NCBI GenBank assembly: GCA_965214705.1
Contig: OZ243972.1
Coordinates: forward strand, 3,392,001 to 3,456,000
Direction: 5' to 3'
DNA from: Alphaproteobacteria bacterium
GTDB taxonomy: Bacteria > Pseudomonadota > Alphaproteobacteria > UBA828
Length of the DNA stretch: 64,000 nucleotides
This document shows, in pieces, positions 10,158 through 19,805 of this stretch. The position numbers were made by a program, and so were the translations under genes. How positions within the stretch are numbered: the first letter of the stretch is position 1; each line of letters starts with the position of its first letter. The notes beneath the pieces are model-generated. The model was not told where the DNA came from, did not search any database, and worked only from the letters and a program-made list of their open reading frames with translations.

Positions 10158-10787
10158 ATGGAGAACCTTTATGACGTCGGCGGTTACGGCTACAAGAAGA
10201 TTGGCTTCGGCGAAAAAATAGCTATTCTCACCGTTGATCTGCAAAACGGTGTGACCAATCCGAAGGCGCTCATGGGGCGCAGTCCAAGTGCTCAGAATGC
10301 CGTCGAGAAAGTGGCACTCATTTGTGAGGCGGCACGGCAGAGGGGTCTGCCCATCATTCACTGTAATACGGCGTTTCAGCCAGACCTCAATGACATGCCT
10401 CCGTGGAAGATCAAGTGCATGCAGGACTGGATTATTGGCTCATGGGAAGTTCAAATCGATGACCGCCTGTGGCGTCCCGGCGACGTCCTCGTGTGCAAGA
10501 AGGTGCCATCAATCTTCTTCGGAACACATTGCTCGACAGTGTTATCAAAATACCATGTCGATACCGTTATTTTGACCGGCGCCAATACGGGCGGCTGCAT
10601 TCGTGCCTCCGCGATTGACAGCTTCTCACACGGCTTCCGCACCATTGTGCCTCGCGAATGCGTATTCGATCAAGGCATCGAATCGCATAACCAAAACCTC
10701 ATCGATATCGAACTCCGCTATGTGGACGTTGAGCCCTATGAAGTTGTGTTGGACAAATTGGAGACGATAGAGAAGCTGGCTGCTTGA
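10158..10787 (+). CDS. Isochorismatase-family cysteine hydrolase (N-carbamoylsarcosine amidase / maleamate amidohydrolase-like)
   Basis: RBS GGAGG before ATG 10158; D-K-C triad in VDLQNG, CKKVPSIFFGT and TGANTGGCIRASAID. Confidence 0.85.
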   Translation: MENLYDVGGYGYKKIGFGEKIAILTVDLQNGVTNPKALMGRSPSAQNAVEKVALICEAARQRGLPIIHCNTAFQPDLNDMPPWKIKCMQDWIIGSWEVQIDDRLWRPGDVLVCKKVPSIFFGTHCSTVLSKYHVDTVILTGANTGGCIRASAIDSFSHGFRTIVPRECVFDQGIESHNQNLIDIELRYVDVEPYEVVLDKLETIEKLAA

Positions 10788-10863
10788 TCTGTCTCCGTTG
10801 TAACGACGCAACCGGGATAAATTGAGGCGCAACGCTAACCCGCGCGGACAAGAGGTGCCACAC

Positions 10864-12927
10864 ATGACCACTCGTTTGGCTGCGGATATCGGCGGTACCT
10901 TTACCGATTTGGTATTCATGGACGAGAAGGGAAGCCTCTCCGTCGAAAAAACCCCTTCTACGCCGGACGAGTTCAGGCGCGGTGTGATGACCGGCGTCGA
11001 AAAGATCTTGGCGACGGTCAATGATGGGGACGGGGACGCGATCGACCTGAAGGACGTCGAATACTTCGTCCACGGCGCGACGGTCGTTTTGAACGCTGTT
11101 ATTCAACGCAAATTGCCAGTGACGGCGCTCGTTACGACGAGCGGTTTTCGCGATGTTCTCGAGATCATGCGGACCAACAATCCGCAGATGTACGATATGC
11201 ATTACGTGAAGCCGAAACCTCTGATCCCGCGCAGGCTGCGGTTCGAGGTGGCGGAGCGCGTGCGGCATACGGGAGAGGTACTTGCGCCGCTGAACGAGGA
11301 TGACGTACGCAGCGTCGCGAAAGATCTTCGCGAGGCCGGCGTCGTTTCGGCGGCGATTTGCTTTCTGCATTCCTACGCGAATCCGGAGCACGAGCGCAGA
11401 GCACGGGAGATCCTCGCCGAGGAGTGTCCCGAGATCGTGGTGTGCCTGTCGTCGGAGGTGGCGGGAGAGGTACGCGAGTTCGAGCGCGGCTCTACGACGA
11501 GCATGAACGCCGCAACCATGCCGATCATTCGCTCGTATCTCGATCGCCTGAACGCCGATCTGCGCGACCTGGGATTACCGCGAGAGCTCTATGTCATGCA
11601 ATCGAATGGCGGCGTCATCAGGGCGAGTAGCGCCCAGACGTTGCCCGTAAGAACGATGTTGTCGGGACCCAGCGGCGGTGTCGTCGGCGGGGCGTACCTG
11701 GCGAATCAGATCGGCCTGCAAAACGTCGTTACCCTGGACATGGGGGGAACCAGCACGGACATCGGCGTGATTGCGGATGGCCGCGCCATGACCGTGGACG
11801 AAAGCAAGATCGATGAGTGGCCGGTCCTCGCACCGATGATCGAAATACTCGCGATCGGCGCGGGTGGGGGCAGCATCGCCTGGCTCGATTCGGGTGGCGC
11901 GCTTCGCGTCGGGCCGCAAAGCGCAGGCGCCATGCCTGGGCCGGTCTGCTATGGACAAGGCGGTGATGAGGCGACCGTTTCGGACGCCTGTCTCGTGCTC
12001 GGGCGGCTGGACCCGGATTACTTTCTCGGTGGCGAGATGTCGCTCGACGTGGACGGAGCCTACCGGGTCATCGAGCAGAAGCTGGCGAAACCCATGGGCA
12101 TGAGCATCCATGAGGCGGCGCTTGGCGTCGTGACGGTGGTCACCACAAATATGGCCAGGGCCATGCGTTCGACCCTGATCGCTCGCGGCCTTGATCCACG
12201 GGACTTCTGCCTCATGGCGTTCGGTGGGGCCGGCGGCATGGTCGTAGGCGATCTTCTGAAGGCGGGCGACATCAACCGTGCGGTTGTGCCCAACGATCCG
12301 GGTGCGCTTTGTGCATTTGGCATGTTGGTGACCGACTTCCGGCACGACTTGGGCGCCACAATGGTCCGGCCTCTTTCCGATGTGGATGGAGAGGAAGTCG
12401 CCCGTCTGTTCGCCAAACTCGAGATGGATGCGGTGGGGCGTCTGGAGAATGACGGTGTGGAGAGTGAGCGCATAACGCCAGAACGCTTCATCGATGTCCG
12501 CTATATCGGCCAGGAGTACTATCTCAAGATTCCCGTCGAGAACGACTCGGTCGACTTCGGGAAGCTACAGAGCGATTTCAATGCGGCGCACGAGCGCATC
12601 TACGGATACGCGACGCCGCAATTCCCTTGCGAGCTCGTCAACCTGCGTGTCACGGCGCTTGGCAAGGTCGAGCGACCGACAATTCCGCGATACTCTCTCC
12701 GCAGCACTGACGATGGCCCACTCGCTCCGATCGGCAATCGGAAAGTTCACTACCAGACGGGTGTCTTGGATACCGACATCTACAAGATCGAATCCATCCG
12801 CGCTGGCGACCGCTTCGATCGGCCGGCAGTGATCGAGGACCCACGCTCCACGTTCGTCGTGTTGCCAGGGCAAGTCGCCCGTGTCGATGAACACCGCAAT
12901 GTACATGTCGAGGAGGTGGCCGCCTGA
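10864..12927 (+). CDS. hyuA: Hydantoinase/oxoprolinase A subunit (ATP-dependent cyclic amide hydrolase)
   Basis: ADIGGTFTD, HGATVVLNA, REFERGSTT, MQSNGG, SGPSGG, LDMGGTSTD, GAGGGSIA, GPQSAGAMPGPVCY. Confidence 0.9.
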   Translation: MTTRLAADIGGTFTDLVFMDEKGSLSVEKTPSTPDEFRRGVMTGVEKILATVNDGDGDAIDLKDVEYFVHGATVVLNAVIQRKLPVTALVTTSGFRDVLEIMRTNNPQMYDMHYVKPKPLIPRRLRFEVAERVRHTGEVLAPLNEDDVRSVAKDLREAGVVSAAICFLHSYANPEHERRAREILAEECPEIVVCLSSEVAGEVREFERGSTTSMNAATMPIIRSYLDRLNADLRDLGLPRELYVMQSNGGVIRASSAQTLPVRTMLSGPSGGVVGGAYLANQIGLQNVVTLDMGGTSTDIGVIADGRAMTVDESKIDEWPVLAPMIEILAIGAGGGSIAWLDSGGALRVGPQSAGAMPGPVCYGQGGDEATVSDACLVLGRLDPDYFLGGEMSLDVDGAYRVIEQKLAKPMGMSIHEAALGVVTVVTTNMARAMRSTLIARGLDPRDFCLMAFGGAGGMVVGDLLKAGDINRAVVPNDPGALCAFGMLVTDFRHDLGATMVRPLSDVDGEEVARLFAKLEMDAVGRLENDGVESERITPERFIDVRYIGQEYYLKIPVENDSVDFGKLQSDFNAAHERIYGYATPQFPCELVNLRVTALGKVERPTIPRYSLRSTDDGPLAPIGNRKVHYQTGVLDTDIYKIESIRAGDRFDRPAVIEDPRSTFVVLPGQVARVDEHRNVHVEEVAA

Positions 12928-12973
12928 ATCGTGAATGGCGGGCGCGAATACTCAACGATTGAGGACTGACGTC

Positions 12974-14761
12974 ATGGCAAAAGCGCTAACCGACGTTCCC
13001 GTCGAATCAGTCAACCAGACGAGCAAGATCGATCCGATCACCCTCGAAGTTGTACGCACGGGGCTCATCGCAATCGTGCATGAGATGACCATCACCCTTG
13101 CGCGAACCTCTTACTCGACGATCATTCGAGAGGTGCACGACTACAGCTGCGTTTTGTTCGACGCAAAAGGGCGGCTGATCGCGCAGGCTGAGGGTATTCC
13201 CATATTCAATGGAAGTATGAATTTCGTCATCGATGAAGTGCTGAAGAAATATCCGGTCGAGGACATCGAAGAGGGAGATATCTTTATATCGAACGACCCT
13301 TATACCGGGGGCGGAACGCACAAGAATGACATCAACATCGTCATGCCCATTTTTTGGGATGGCAAGCTGGAGATGTTGAGTGCGAGCAAGGCACATCACT
13401 TGGACATAGGCGGTAAAGACCCTGGAAGCTGGTCCGCCGATGCGCAAAACACGTTTCAAGAGGGATTAAGCTTGCCGATCATAAGATTGGCGAGAAACGG
13501 CGAGATCAATGAGGCCGTCACAGATATTTTATTTGCCAATATGCGGGTGCCTCAGCTCTCGCGCGGAGACTTTTCCGCGCAAATTGCTGCGGGAAAAACG
13601 GCCGAGATGCGTGCTCATGCCTGGCTCCAGAAGAACGGAGTACAACTGTTCCGGGATGCTGCCGAGGAACTGATTGACCATGGTGAGCGTCTTACTCGCG
13701 CAGCGATCGAAGCCATACCGGATGGTGTTTATATCGCTGAGGGTTACGCCGATATCGAAGCCAACTCAAACGAGCCGATTCCGGTAAAGGCGACCGTAAC
13801 CGTTCAAGGTAGTGATATCGAGATCGATTTCTCGGGAAGCGCGAGGCAACGCAATGCCGCGTCGAGCAACTGCCATTGGGTCAATACGGTGTCCATGACC
13901 CGAGAGTTCATGATGTTCTTGACCGACACCTCGCTCGGAGCAAACGAGGGCTCGTATCGGCCGATAAAGATCAAGGCAGAGGCTGGTTCAGTGTTCAAGC
14001 CCGAATACCCAGCGCCAGTAACCACCGGCATGGGAGATATGGGTACGCGACTGGTCGAGCTGCTGTTCCAAGCACTGTCCGGCGTCCTGCCGAATGAAGT
14101 GATTGCCGGCACCTTCGGTAACTTCAGCTGTATGACGATTGCCGGTTTCGACCCGGATACTGGCGCGGAATTCGTCCATTTCTCGCCCTACGCCGGTGGC
14201 TGGGGAGGCCGAGCCTTTGCGGATGGCAACACGGCTGTGGTCTCCCTTGGTAGTGGAGACAACTTCAATATCCCATGCGAAGTCATGGAAACGAAGATGA
14301 CTGGTCTCTTGGCGGAAAGCTTTCGCTTGCAACCGAAATCAGCAGGGCACGGCAAGCATCGAGGCGGATTCGGCGTTGCCTACGATTACCGACTGCTTTG
14401 GCCGGGAGAGTTCACGATTGCGCTGGATCGCGATCAGTATCCACCCTATGGCCTTTTTGGGGGAGGCGAGGGCTCGGGGAGCGGACTCCACGTCAACCCA
14501 GACAACGGCAGTGAAGAGATTTGGCATCGGAAAAGCGGCGTGCGTGTGCCAGCGGGTACCATTCTCAGCCACAGAACGGCGGGTGGAGGCGGATATGGCA
14601 ACCCAACCGAACGTGAGCCGGAGTTGGTGCTCGAAGATGTCCAAAATGAGCTCGTGAGCTGCCGGGACGCAAGGAACATTTACCGTGTCGTCATCAACGA
14701 GAATGATATGAGCCTCGATGAGGACGGCACTGCGAGGCTCAGGGCCCAGGCCGCGCGTTAG
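12974..14761 (+). CDS. hyuB: Hydantoinase/oxoprolinase B subunit
   Basis: DPITLEVVR, YSTIIREVHDYS, NDPYTGGGTHKND, HHLDIGGKDPGS, TAGGGGYGNP; GAGGA before ATG 12974 (alternative start 12935). Confidence 0.9.
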   Translation: MAKALTDVPVESVNQTSKIDPITLEVVRTGLIAIVHEMTITLARTSYSTIIREVHDYSCVLFDAKGRLIAQAEGIPIFNGSMNFVIDEVLKKYPVEDIEEGDIFISNDPYTGGGTHKNDINIVMPIFWDGKLEMLSASKAHHLDIGGKDPGSWSADAQNTFQEGLSLPIIRLARNGEINEAVTDILFANMRVPQLSRGDFSAQIAAGKTAEMRAHAWLQKNGVQLFRDAAEELIDHGERLTRAAIEAIPDGVYIAEGYADIEANSNEPIPVKATVTVQGSDIEIDFSGSARQRNAASSNCHWVNTVSMTREFMMFLTDTSLGANEGSYRPIKIKAEAGSVFKPEYPAPVTTGMGDMGTRLVELLFQALSGVLPNEVIAGTFGNFSCMTIAGFDPDTGAEFVHFSPYAGGWGGRAFADGNTAVVSLGSGDNFNIPCEVMETKMTGLLAESFRLQPKSAGHGKHRGGFGVAYDYRLLWPGEFTIALDRDQYPPYGLFGGGEGSGSGLHVNPDNGSEEIWHRKSGVRVPAGTILSHRTAGGGGYGNPTEREPELVLEDVQNELVSCRDARNIYRVVINENDMSLDEDGTARLRAQAAR

Positions 14762-14891
14762 GGTGACGAAGAGCGACCGGAAATAGCGGGGGAGGCAACA
14801 CGTACCTCAAGAGCATTCGCAACCAGCAAGAGACGAGCATTGCCAATGCTAGGGCGGTGCTCGTGCGAACGGGGAGACAGAGGAGGAGACG

Positions 14892-16250
14892 ATGGGAAAG
14901 CGAAACAGCAAGGCCAAGGCAACCGATAAGGGAACGACCGGCACCAGCCGGCGAGACTTTCTGAAAACCTCGGCACTCGCCGCTGGCGGTGCGGCAGTCG
15001 GCGGGGGACTCTTGATCAAGACAGGTCGCCCTGCCAAGGCGAATGGAGAGCCTATTCCCATTGGCTGCATGACGGCGTTGACCGGCCCCGCCGCGGCGTC
15101 AGGGCAGGAGACGAAGCGTGGCTTCGAACTGGCCGTGGAAGAGATCAACGCCATGGGCGGCATCGTCGGTCGTCCAATCGAGGGGCACGTCATTGACACC
15201 AAGAACCGGAGTGCCGAGGAGGTCGTGGGTGCGGCGAACCTGCTCATCGATCGGCATGGCGTGCACGCCATCGTCAACGGGCACAACATCGGTTCCCAAA
15301 ATGCGGAATACGAAACTGTTGCCGATGCCGGGATTATCTACATCCACACCAATACATTGCTGTCCCATCGTGAAGTTGTGACCAGCGATCCCGAGCGGTA
15401 TTTCAGCATCTTCATGGGCGATCCGGCGGAGTACTGGTACGGGCCCGGATGGCTCCGTTATGCCGCCCATCTTCGCGATTCGGGGAAATGGACCCCAGCA
15501 AACAACAAGCTCGCGCTCGTGAGCGGCAGTTCGCCTTACAGCATCACCATCATTAATGCAGCGCAGCAGACGGCAGCCGACTTCGGCTGGGATCTGGTGT
15601 TCGGGCCTGAAATCATCCAAACGCCGACGACTCAGTGGGGTCCGGTTTTGGCCCAGCTGCGCGATATCAACCCGGCTCTGCTACTTCACTCACATCTCTA
15701 CGCCGGTGACATCGCGAACTTCATGATCCAGTTCCGGCATAACCCAACCCAGACGTTGATCTACTTCCCTTGGGGTCCCTTGCTTGCGCCGTTCCGTGAA
15801 ATCGGCGGTACCAGCGCCGAAGGGGTCATCAGTTCCACGGTTATGGGACTTCCCCAGGATCGCATCGGGGAGGAGTTCAACGCCAAGTACACCGCGCGTT
15901 ACGGCGCGGATTCATCCGCGATCGCGGGTTGCGTACCCTACGGGCTCCTGCACCACTTCGCGCTGTGTGCGGCGGCAGCCGGGGGGACGGGCGAGCCCGG
16001 CGATTACGAGCAGAACCGGAAGATCGCGGAGCAACTCAAGCGTATCAAGTATCGGGCTGTCTTCGGCACCATCAACTATCATCCCGAGTGGCAATCGGCG
16101 GTACCGTACCCTGACTATGAGGAGAAGGATCCATCCCTTGGGATGCCGCACCTGTTCTACCAGATTCACGATCATACGGATTACCCCAAGCTGATCGCGC
16201 CCTATCCGTATGACGCAAACGAGTTCAGGTTGCCTGCTTGGCTGGCATAG
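14892..16250 (+). CDS. ABC transporter substrate-binding protein (Liv-type) with Tat signal peptide
   Basis: RBS GGAGGAG; twin-arginine SRRDFLK followed by a hydrophobic segment; LAVEEINAMGGIVGRPI. Confidence 0.88.
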   Translation: MGKRNSKAKATDKGTTGTSRRDFLKTSALAAGGAAVGGGLLIKTGRPAKANGEPIPIGCMTALTGPAAASGQETKRGFELAVEEINAMGGIVGRPIEGHVIDTKNRSAEEVVGAANLLIDRHGVHAIVNGHNIGSQNAEYETVADAGIIYIHTNTLLSHREVVTSDPERYFSIFMGDPAEYWYGPGWLRYAAHLRDSGKWTPANNKLALVSGSSPYSITIINAAQQTAADFGWDLVFGPEIIQTPTTQWGPVLAQLRDINPALLLHSHLYAGDIANFMIQFRHNPTQTLIYFPWGPLLAPFREIGGTSAEGVISSTVMGLPQDRIGEEFNAKYTARYGADSSAIAGCVPYGLLHHFALCAAAAGGTGEPGDYEQNRKIAEQLKRIKYRAVFGTINYHPEWQSAVPYPDYEEKDPSLGMPHLFYQIHDHTDYPKLIAPYPYDANEFRLPAWLA

Positions 16251-17093
16251 GTGGCCGTCGCGTTGGATTCTGGTAACGGGACGCATGACGCGTCCCGACC
16301 GCTGCTGTCGTGCCGAGGTATCTCCAAGTATTTCGGCGCGATGGCGGCGATCAAGGATCTCCATTTTGACGTTCTGCCGGGAGAGGTGCTGGGCATCGGG
16401 GGACCGAACGGCGCGGGAAAAACGACGCTGTTCGATGTGATTTCGGGCGTTACGCCTGCAGATGGCGGATCGCTCGAGTTCGACGGCGTACAGCTTCTAG
16501 GGAAGAGCGCTCACGAAATCTGCCACCGGGGTATCGTCAGGACATTTCAGCTCGATGCCGTTTTCGACACGCTCACCGTGCGGGAAAACATTCTGTGCGC
16601 GTCATATTTCGGCTCTCGAAACGTATTCTTTCCGAAAGTTAAGTACGATTCAGAATCCGTCTCGCAAGCGGACGCCGCAATCGAGCTGACGCGGCTCGGC
16701 GATTTTGCCGACTTGCCGGCAAACCAGTTGCCGGTATTGCAGCGCAAGCTCTTGATGATCGCGAGTGCGATTTCGATGAGGCCTAAGTTGCTGCTTTTAG
16801 ACGAACCGGTCGGGGGACTGACACCGCCGGAAATTGACCAGGTGCTTGAACTGGTTAATGAGCTACGGCGTGTCAGCGAGCTGCCCATTGTGGTTATCGA
16901 GCACGTTATGAGATTTCTTGTGGCCTTGTCCGATCGCATCATGATCATGCATCACGGGGAGAAGATCTACGAGGGGTCGGCGCGAGGTTTGGCGCAAAAT
17001 CCCACTGTTGTCGAGGTATATCTCGGTAAGGGTGCGACGGCCCGGCTGCAACATATGGTCGACGCGGAGGAGGGTGCGCGGGCCGGTGTCTGA
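16251..17093 (+). CDS. ABC transporter ATP-binding protein (LivG-like)
   Basis: GPNGAGKTT, GIVRTFQ, LLLDEPVGGL, VVEVYLG. Confidence 0.92.
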   Translation: MAVALDSGNGTHDASRPLLSCRGISKYFGAMAAIKDLHFDVLPGEVLGIGGPNGAGKTTLFDVISGVTPADGGSLEFDGVQLLGKSAHEICHRGIVRTFQLDAVFDTLTVRENILCASYFGSRNVFFPKVKYDSESVSQADAAIELTRLGDFADLPANQLPVLQRKLLMIASAISMRPKLLLLDEPVGGLTPPEIDQVLELVNELRRVSELPIVVIEHVMRFLVALSDRIMIMHHGEKIYEGSARGLAQNPTVVEVYLGKGATARLQHMVDAEEGARAGV

Positions 17094-17802
17094 ACCTCTC
17101 CTGCGGGTAAGCAATATTTCGGCTGGCTATGGCGGAAAGATTGTCATTCGGGACGTGTCTCTGGAAGTGCCTGAAGGTGGAGCGGTCGGTATTGTAGGGC
17201 CGAACGGCCACGGCAAAACGACGCTTCTCAACTGTGTATCGGCGTTCGTGCCGCTATTGGGCGGCGAAATCCGTCTCAGCGGTCAGCGGCTGGACGGGAA
17301 ACCGCCTCACCGAATTGTGGAATATGGCGTCGTGCATATTCCGCAGGACAATAGAATATTTCCCGAGATGACAGTCCACGACAATTTGATGATGGGCGCT
17401 TATCTTCGGAAATCCCAAAAGGACGCGCCGGAACGCCTTAGATACGTCTTTACCCTGTTTCCACGTTTGGAAGAGCGACAAAAGCAGGTCGCCAGCACGT
17501 TGTCGGGCGGCGAGCGGCGAATGCTCAGTATTGGTCGAGGGTTGATGACTGGGGGGAGGCTGCTCATGATCGATGAGCCGACCCTCGGTCTCTCTCCTCT
17601 TATGGCGGAAACCATTTATGGCACCCTGAGTCGCTTGCGGGAAGAGGGCTACAGTATCCTTCTGGTGGACGAAAATCCCACGCGTATCACCGAGATTGCG
17701 GAACGGGTCTACTTGCTTGACGACGGCTCATTCGTCTGGAGCGGAAATTCGTCTGAACTGGAGCACAGCAGCGAATTGCTCGAGACGTACCTGGGTGGGT
17801 GA
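17086..17802 (+). CDS. ABC transporter ATP-binding protein (LivF-like)
   Basis: GPNGHGKTT, LSGGERRML, IDEPTLGLSP; likely GTG start at 17086. Confidence 0.92.
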   Translation: MSEPLLRVSNISAGYGGKIVIRDVSLEVPEGGAVGIVGPNGHGKTTLLNCVSAFVPLLGGEIRLSGQRLDGKPPHRIVEYGVVHIPQDNRIFPEMTVHDNLMMGAYLRKSQKDAPERLRYVFTLFPRLEERQKQVASTLSGGERRMLSIGRGLMTGGRLLMIDEPTLGLSPLMAETIYGTLSRLREEGYSILLVDENPTRITEIAERVYLLDDGSFVWSGNSSELEHSSELLETYLGG

Positions 17803-18689
17803 GGGAAACCTTGGACGCTTTCGTTCAAGTGATCGTGAGCGGGCTCACCCTGGGTGGTATGTACGCCGTGAGCGTGATCGGCCTCGCCCTCGTCTGGGGC
17901 GTTGTCGGCATGCTCAACATGGCGCATGGCGCAATGCTGGCGATCGGCGGCTACGCCTCATTGGTCGCCGTGCAGTATCTGGGCCTTCCATGGATGTTCG
18001 GTCTACCGGCTGCCGTAGTCATCGGCGTCATCGCCGGTGCGCTTGTCTATTACGGAATCGTCCATTGGATGGTGAGTTCTCCCTTATTTGAGACGAATAT
18101 TATCATTGCGACGGTGGGTCTTGCGATTGTGATCACGAGCGTGATGACGACAGTCTTTAGCGGTTATCCCAAGAAGCAGCCATTTTTTGTTGAAGGCGGC
18201 GTACGGGTTAGTGAAATCCTGGTTCCCTATCAGACGATCATTATCATCATCGTTGCATTGGCGATGATGTTTCTCATTTATCTCTTGCTCAGCCGCACGA
18301 GAATGGGCCGTGCCATTCGCGCGACAGCTCAAGATCAACGGGGCGCTCAAATCGTCGGGGTGCCGGTCAAGCGCGTATTTCTCCAGGTCATGATGATCGC
18401 AGGTGCCGTGGCCGGTCTATCAGGCGTCATGCTGTCTTCGGTTTCTACCCTTTCACCCCAGGTGGGAACCGACCCGATGCTCAAGGCCTTCATCATCTGC
18501 GTGATAGCGGGGCTGGGCAATGTACCCGGTGCGATGTTGTTCGCTTTCGTCCTTGGTCTATTTGAGGTCGGTGTTCAGTTCATCATTGGGTCCAAATGGG
18601 GCTTCCCGGCGATGCTAGTTGTCGCCATTATCATCTTGATTTGGCGCCCCTACGGTGTCTTCGGTCAGAGGACGGTGCGTCGAGTGTAG
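17799..18689 (+). CDS. ABC transporter permease (LivH-like)
   Basis: GLALVWGVVGMLNMAHG, GRAIRATAQD, IAGLGNVPGA. Confidence 0.92.
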   Translation: MRETLDAFVQVIVSGLTLGGMYAVSVIGLALVWGVVGMLNMAHGAMLAIGGYASLVAVQYLGLPWMFGLPAAVVIGVIAGALVYYGIVHWMVSSPLFETNIIIATVGLAIVITSVMTTVFSGYPKKQPFFVEGGVRVSEILVPYQTIIIIIVALAMMFLIYLLLSRTRMGRAIRATAQDQRGAQIVGVPVKRVFLQVMMIAGAVAGLSGVMLSSVSTLSPQVGTDPMLKAFIICVIAGLGNVPGAMLFAFVLGLFEVGVQFIIGSKWGFPAMLVVAIIILIWRPYGVFGQRTVRRV

Positions 18690-18691
18690 CC

Positions 18692-19741
18692 ATGCTCTTC
18701 GTCACTCGAATGCGGCCGGAGCCTGTCATTGCCGTCCTGCTTGTGGCGTTCGCCATTGCCATTCCCTGGATGGGACCATCGAAGTACATTCTCAATCAAC
18801 TCGTCCTCTTTTTTATCTGGGCAGGAATCGTCACCCAGTGGAATCTCGTCTTCGGGGTCGCGGGAATCTTCTCGTTGGCGCAAATGCTCGTGTTCGCCAC
18901 CGGCGGATACAGCGCGGCGATGATTTCCCTCTACCTCGGCTGGTCTCTGTGGATCACGGCACCGATCGGTGCTGTAATTGCGGTCGTGGCCAGCACCATA
19001 GTCGGCGCCGCCACGCTACGCTTGCGTGGCGTCTATGTGGCATTGCTGACGCTCGCGTTCGCCGTCATCATGCGAACGATGATTGTCACCGATACGGATT
19101 GTTTCTTCTATAAGGGAGTGACGTGCTACAATTTTACGGGCGGCCCCAGAGGTTTGTCGCGATTCGGCGATTTTCACTTTCGTGACTGGCTCGGCTTCAG
19201 GCACGCCATATGGGGCAACTACTATTTGGGCTTGTTCCTATTGTCCGTCGGGACGGTGTTTGCATTTACCGTGATTCGAAGCCCACTCGGCCATGTCTTT
19301 CGCGCGTTACGTGATAATGAGATCGTAGCGTCAACGCGCGGAATCAACCGCGTCAAGTATCAGTTGATCGTGTTCGCCCTTTCCGCATTTTTCACCGGAT
19401 TGATGGGCGGCTTCTACGCCGGGCACTTCAAAGCAATGGGCCCAACCATCCTCGACTTGTCGACAATGCTGTTTCTGCTGTCGATGATGGTGGTGGGTGG
19501 CTTGGGCAAGCCGTGGGGACCGCTGCTGGGTTGTGCCCTAATGATGTTTGTGGATGACGCCCTCAAGGACTTTGCGGAGTGGCGCATGGTTGGGTTCGGA
19601 CTGATAACGATTCTGTTCATTCTGTTTATGGGGAAGGGCGTCGCCGGTCTGATAGAGGATGTGTGGTCGTGGCTTCTCAGAGGTGCGCCGTTGCGGGTGG
19701 GCGCACTCAAAGTCAGTCTTATGAGGAAGCGACAGAGCTAA
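18692..19741 (+). CDS. ABC transporter permease (LivM-like)
   Basis: WNLVFGVAGIFSLAQ, LRLRGVYVALLTLAF, RSPLGHVFRALRDNE, VGGLG. Confidence 0.92.
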   Translation: MLFVTRMRPEPVIAVLLVAFAIAIPWMGPSKYILNQLVLFFIWAGIVTQWNLVFGVAGIFSLAQMLVFATGGYSAAMISLYLGWSLWITAPIGAVIAVVASTIVGAATLRLRGVYVALLTLAFAVIMRTMIVTDTDCFFYKGVTCYNFTGGPRGLSRFGDFHFRDWLGFRHAIWGNYYLGLFLLSVGTVFAFTVIRSPLGHVFRALRDNEIVASTRGINRVKYQLIVFALSAFFTGLMGGFYAGHFKAMGPTILDLSTMLFLLSMMVVGGLGKPWGPLLGCALMMFVDDALKDFAEWRMVGFGLITILFILFMGKGVAGLIEDVWSWLLRGAPLRVGALKVSLMRKRQS

Positions 19742-19805
19742 GGGGGCAGGCTCGCAGGCTGGAGCCCGAAATGCGCGCTGCTCGGACGTCAAGGTGTGTG
19801 TCGGT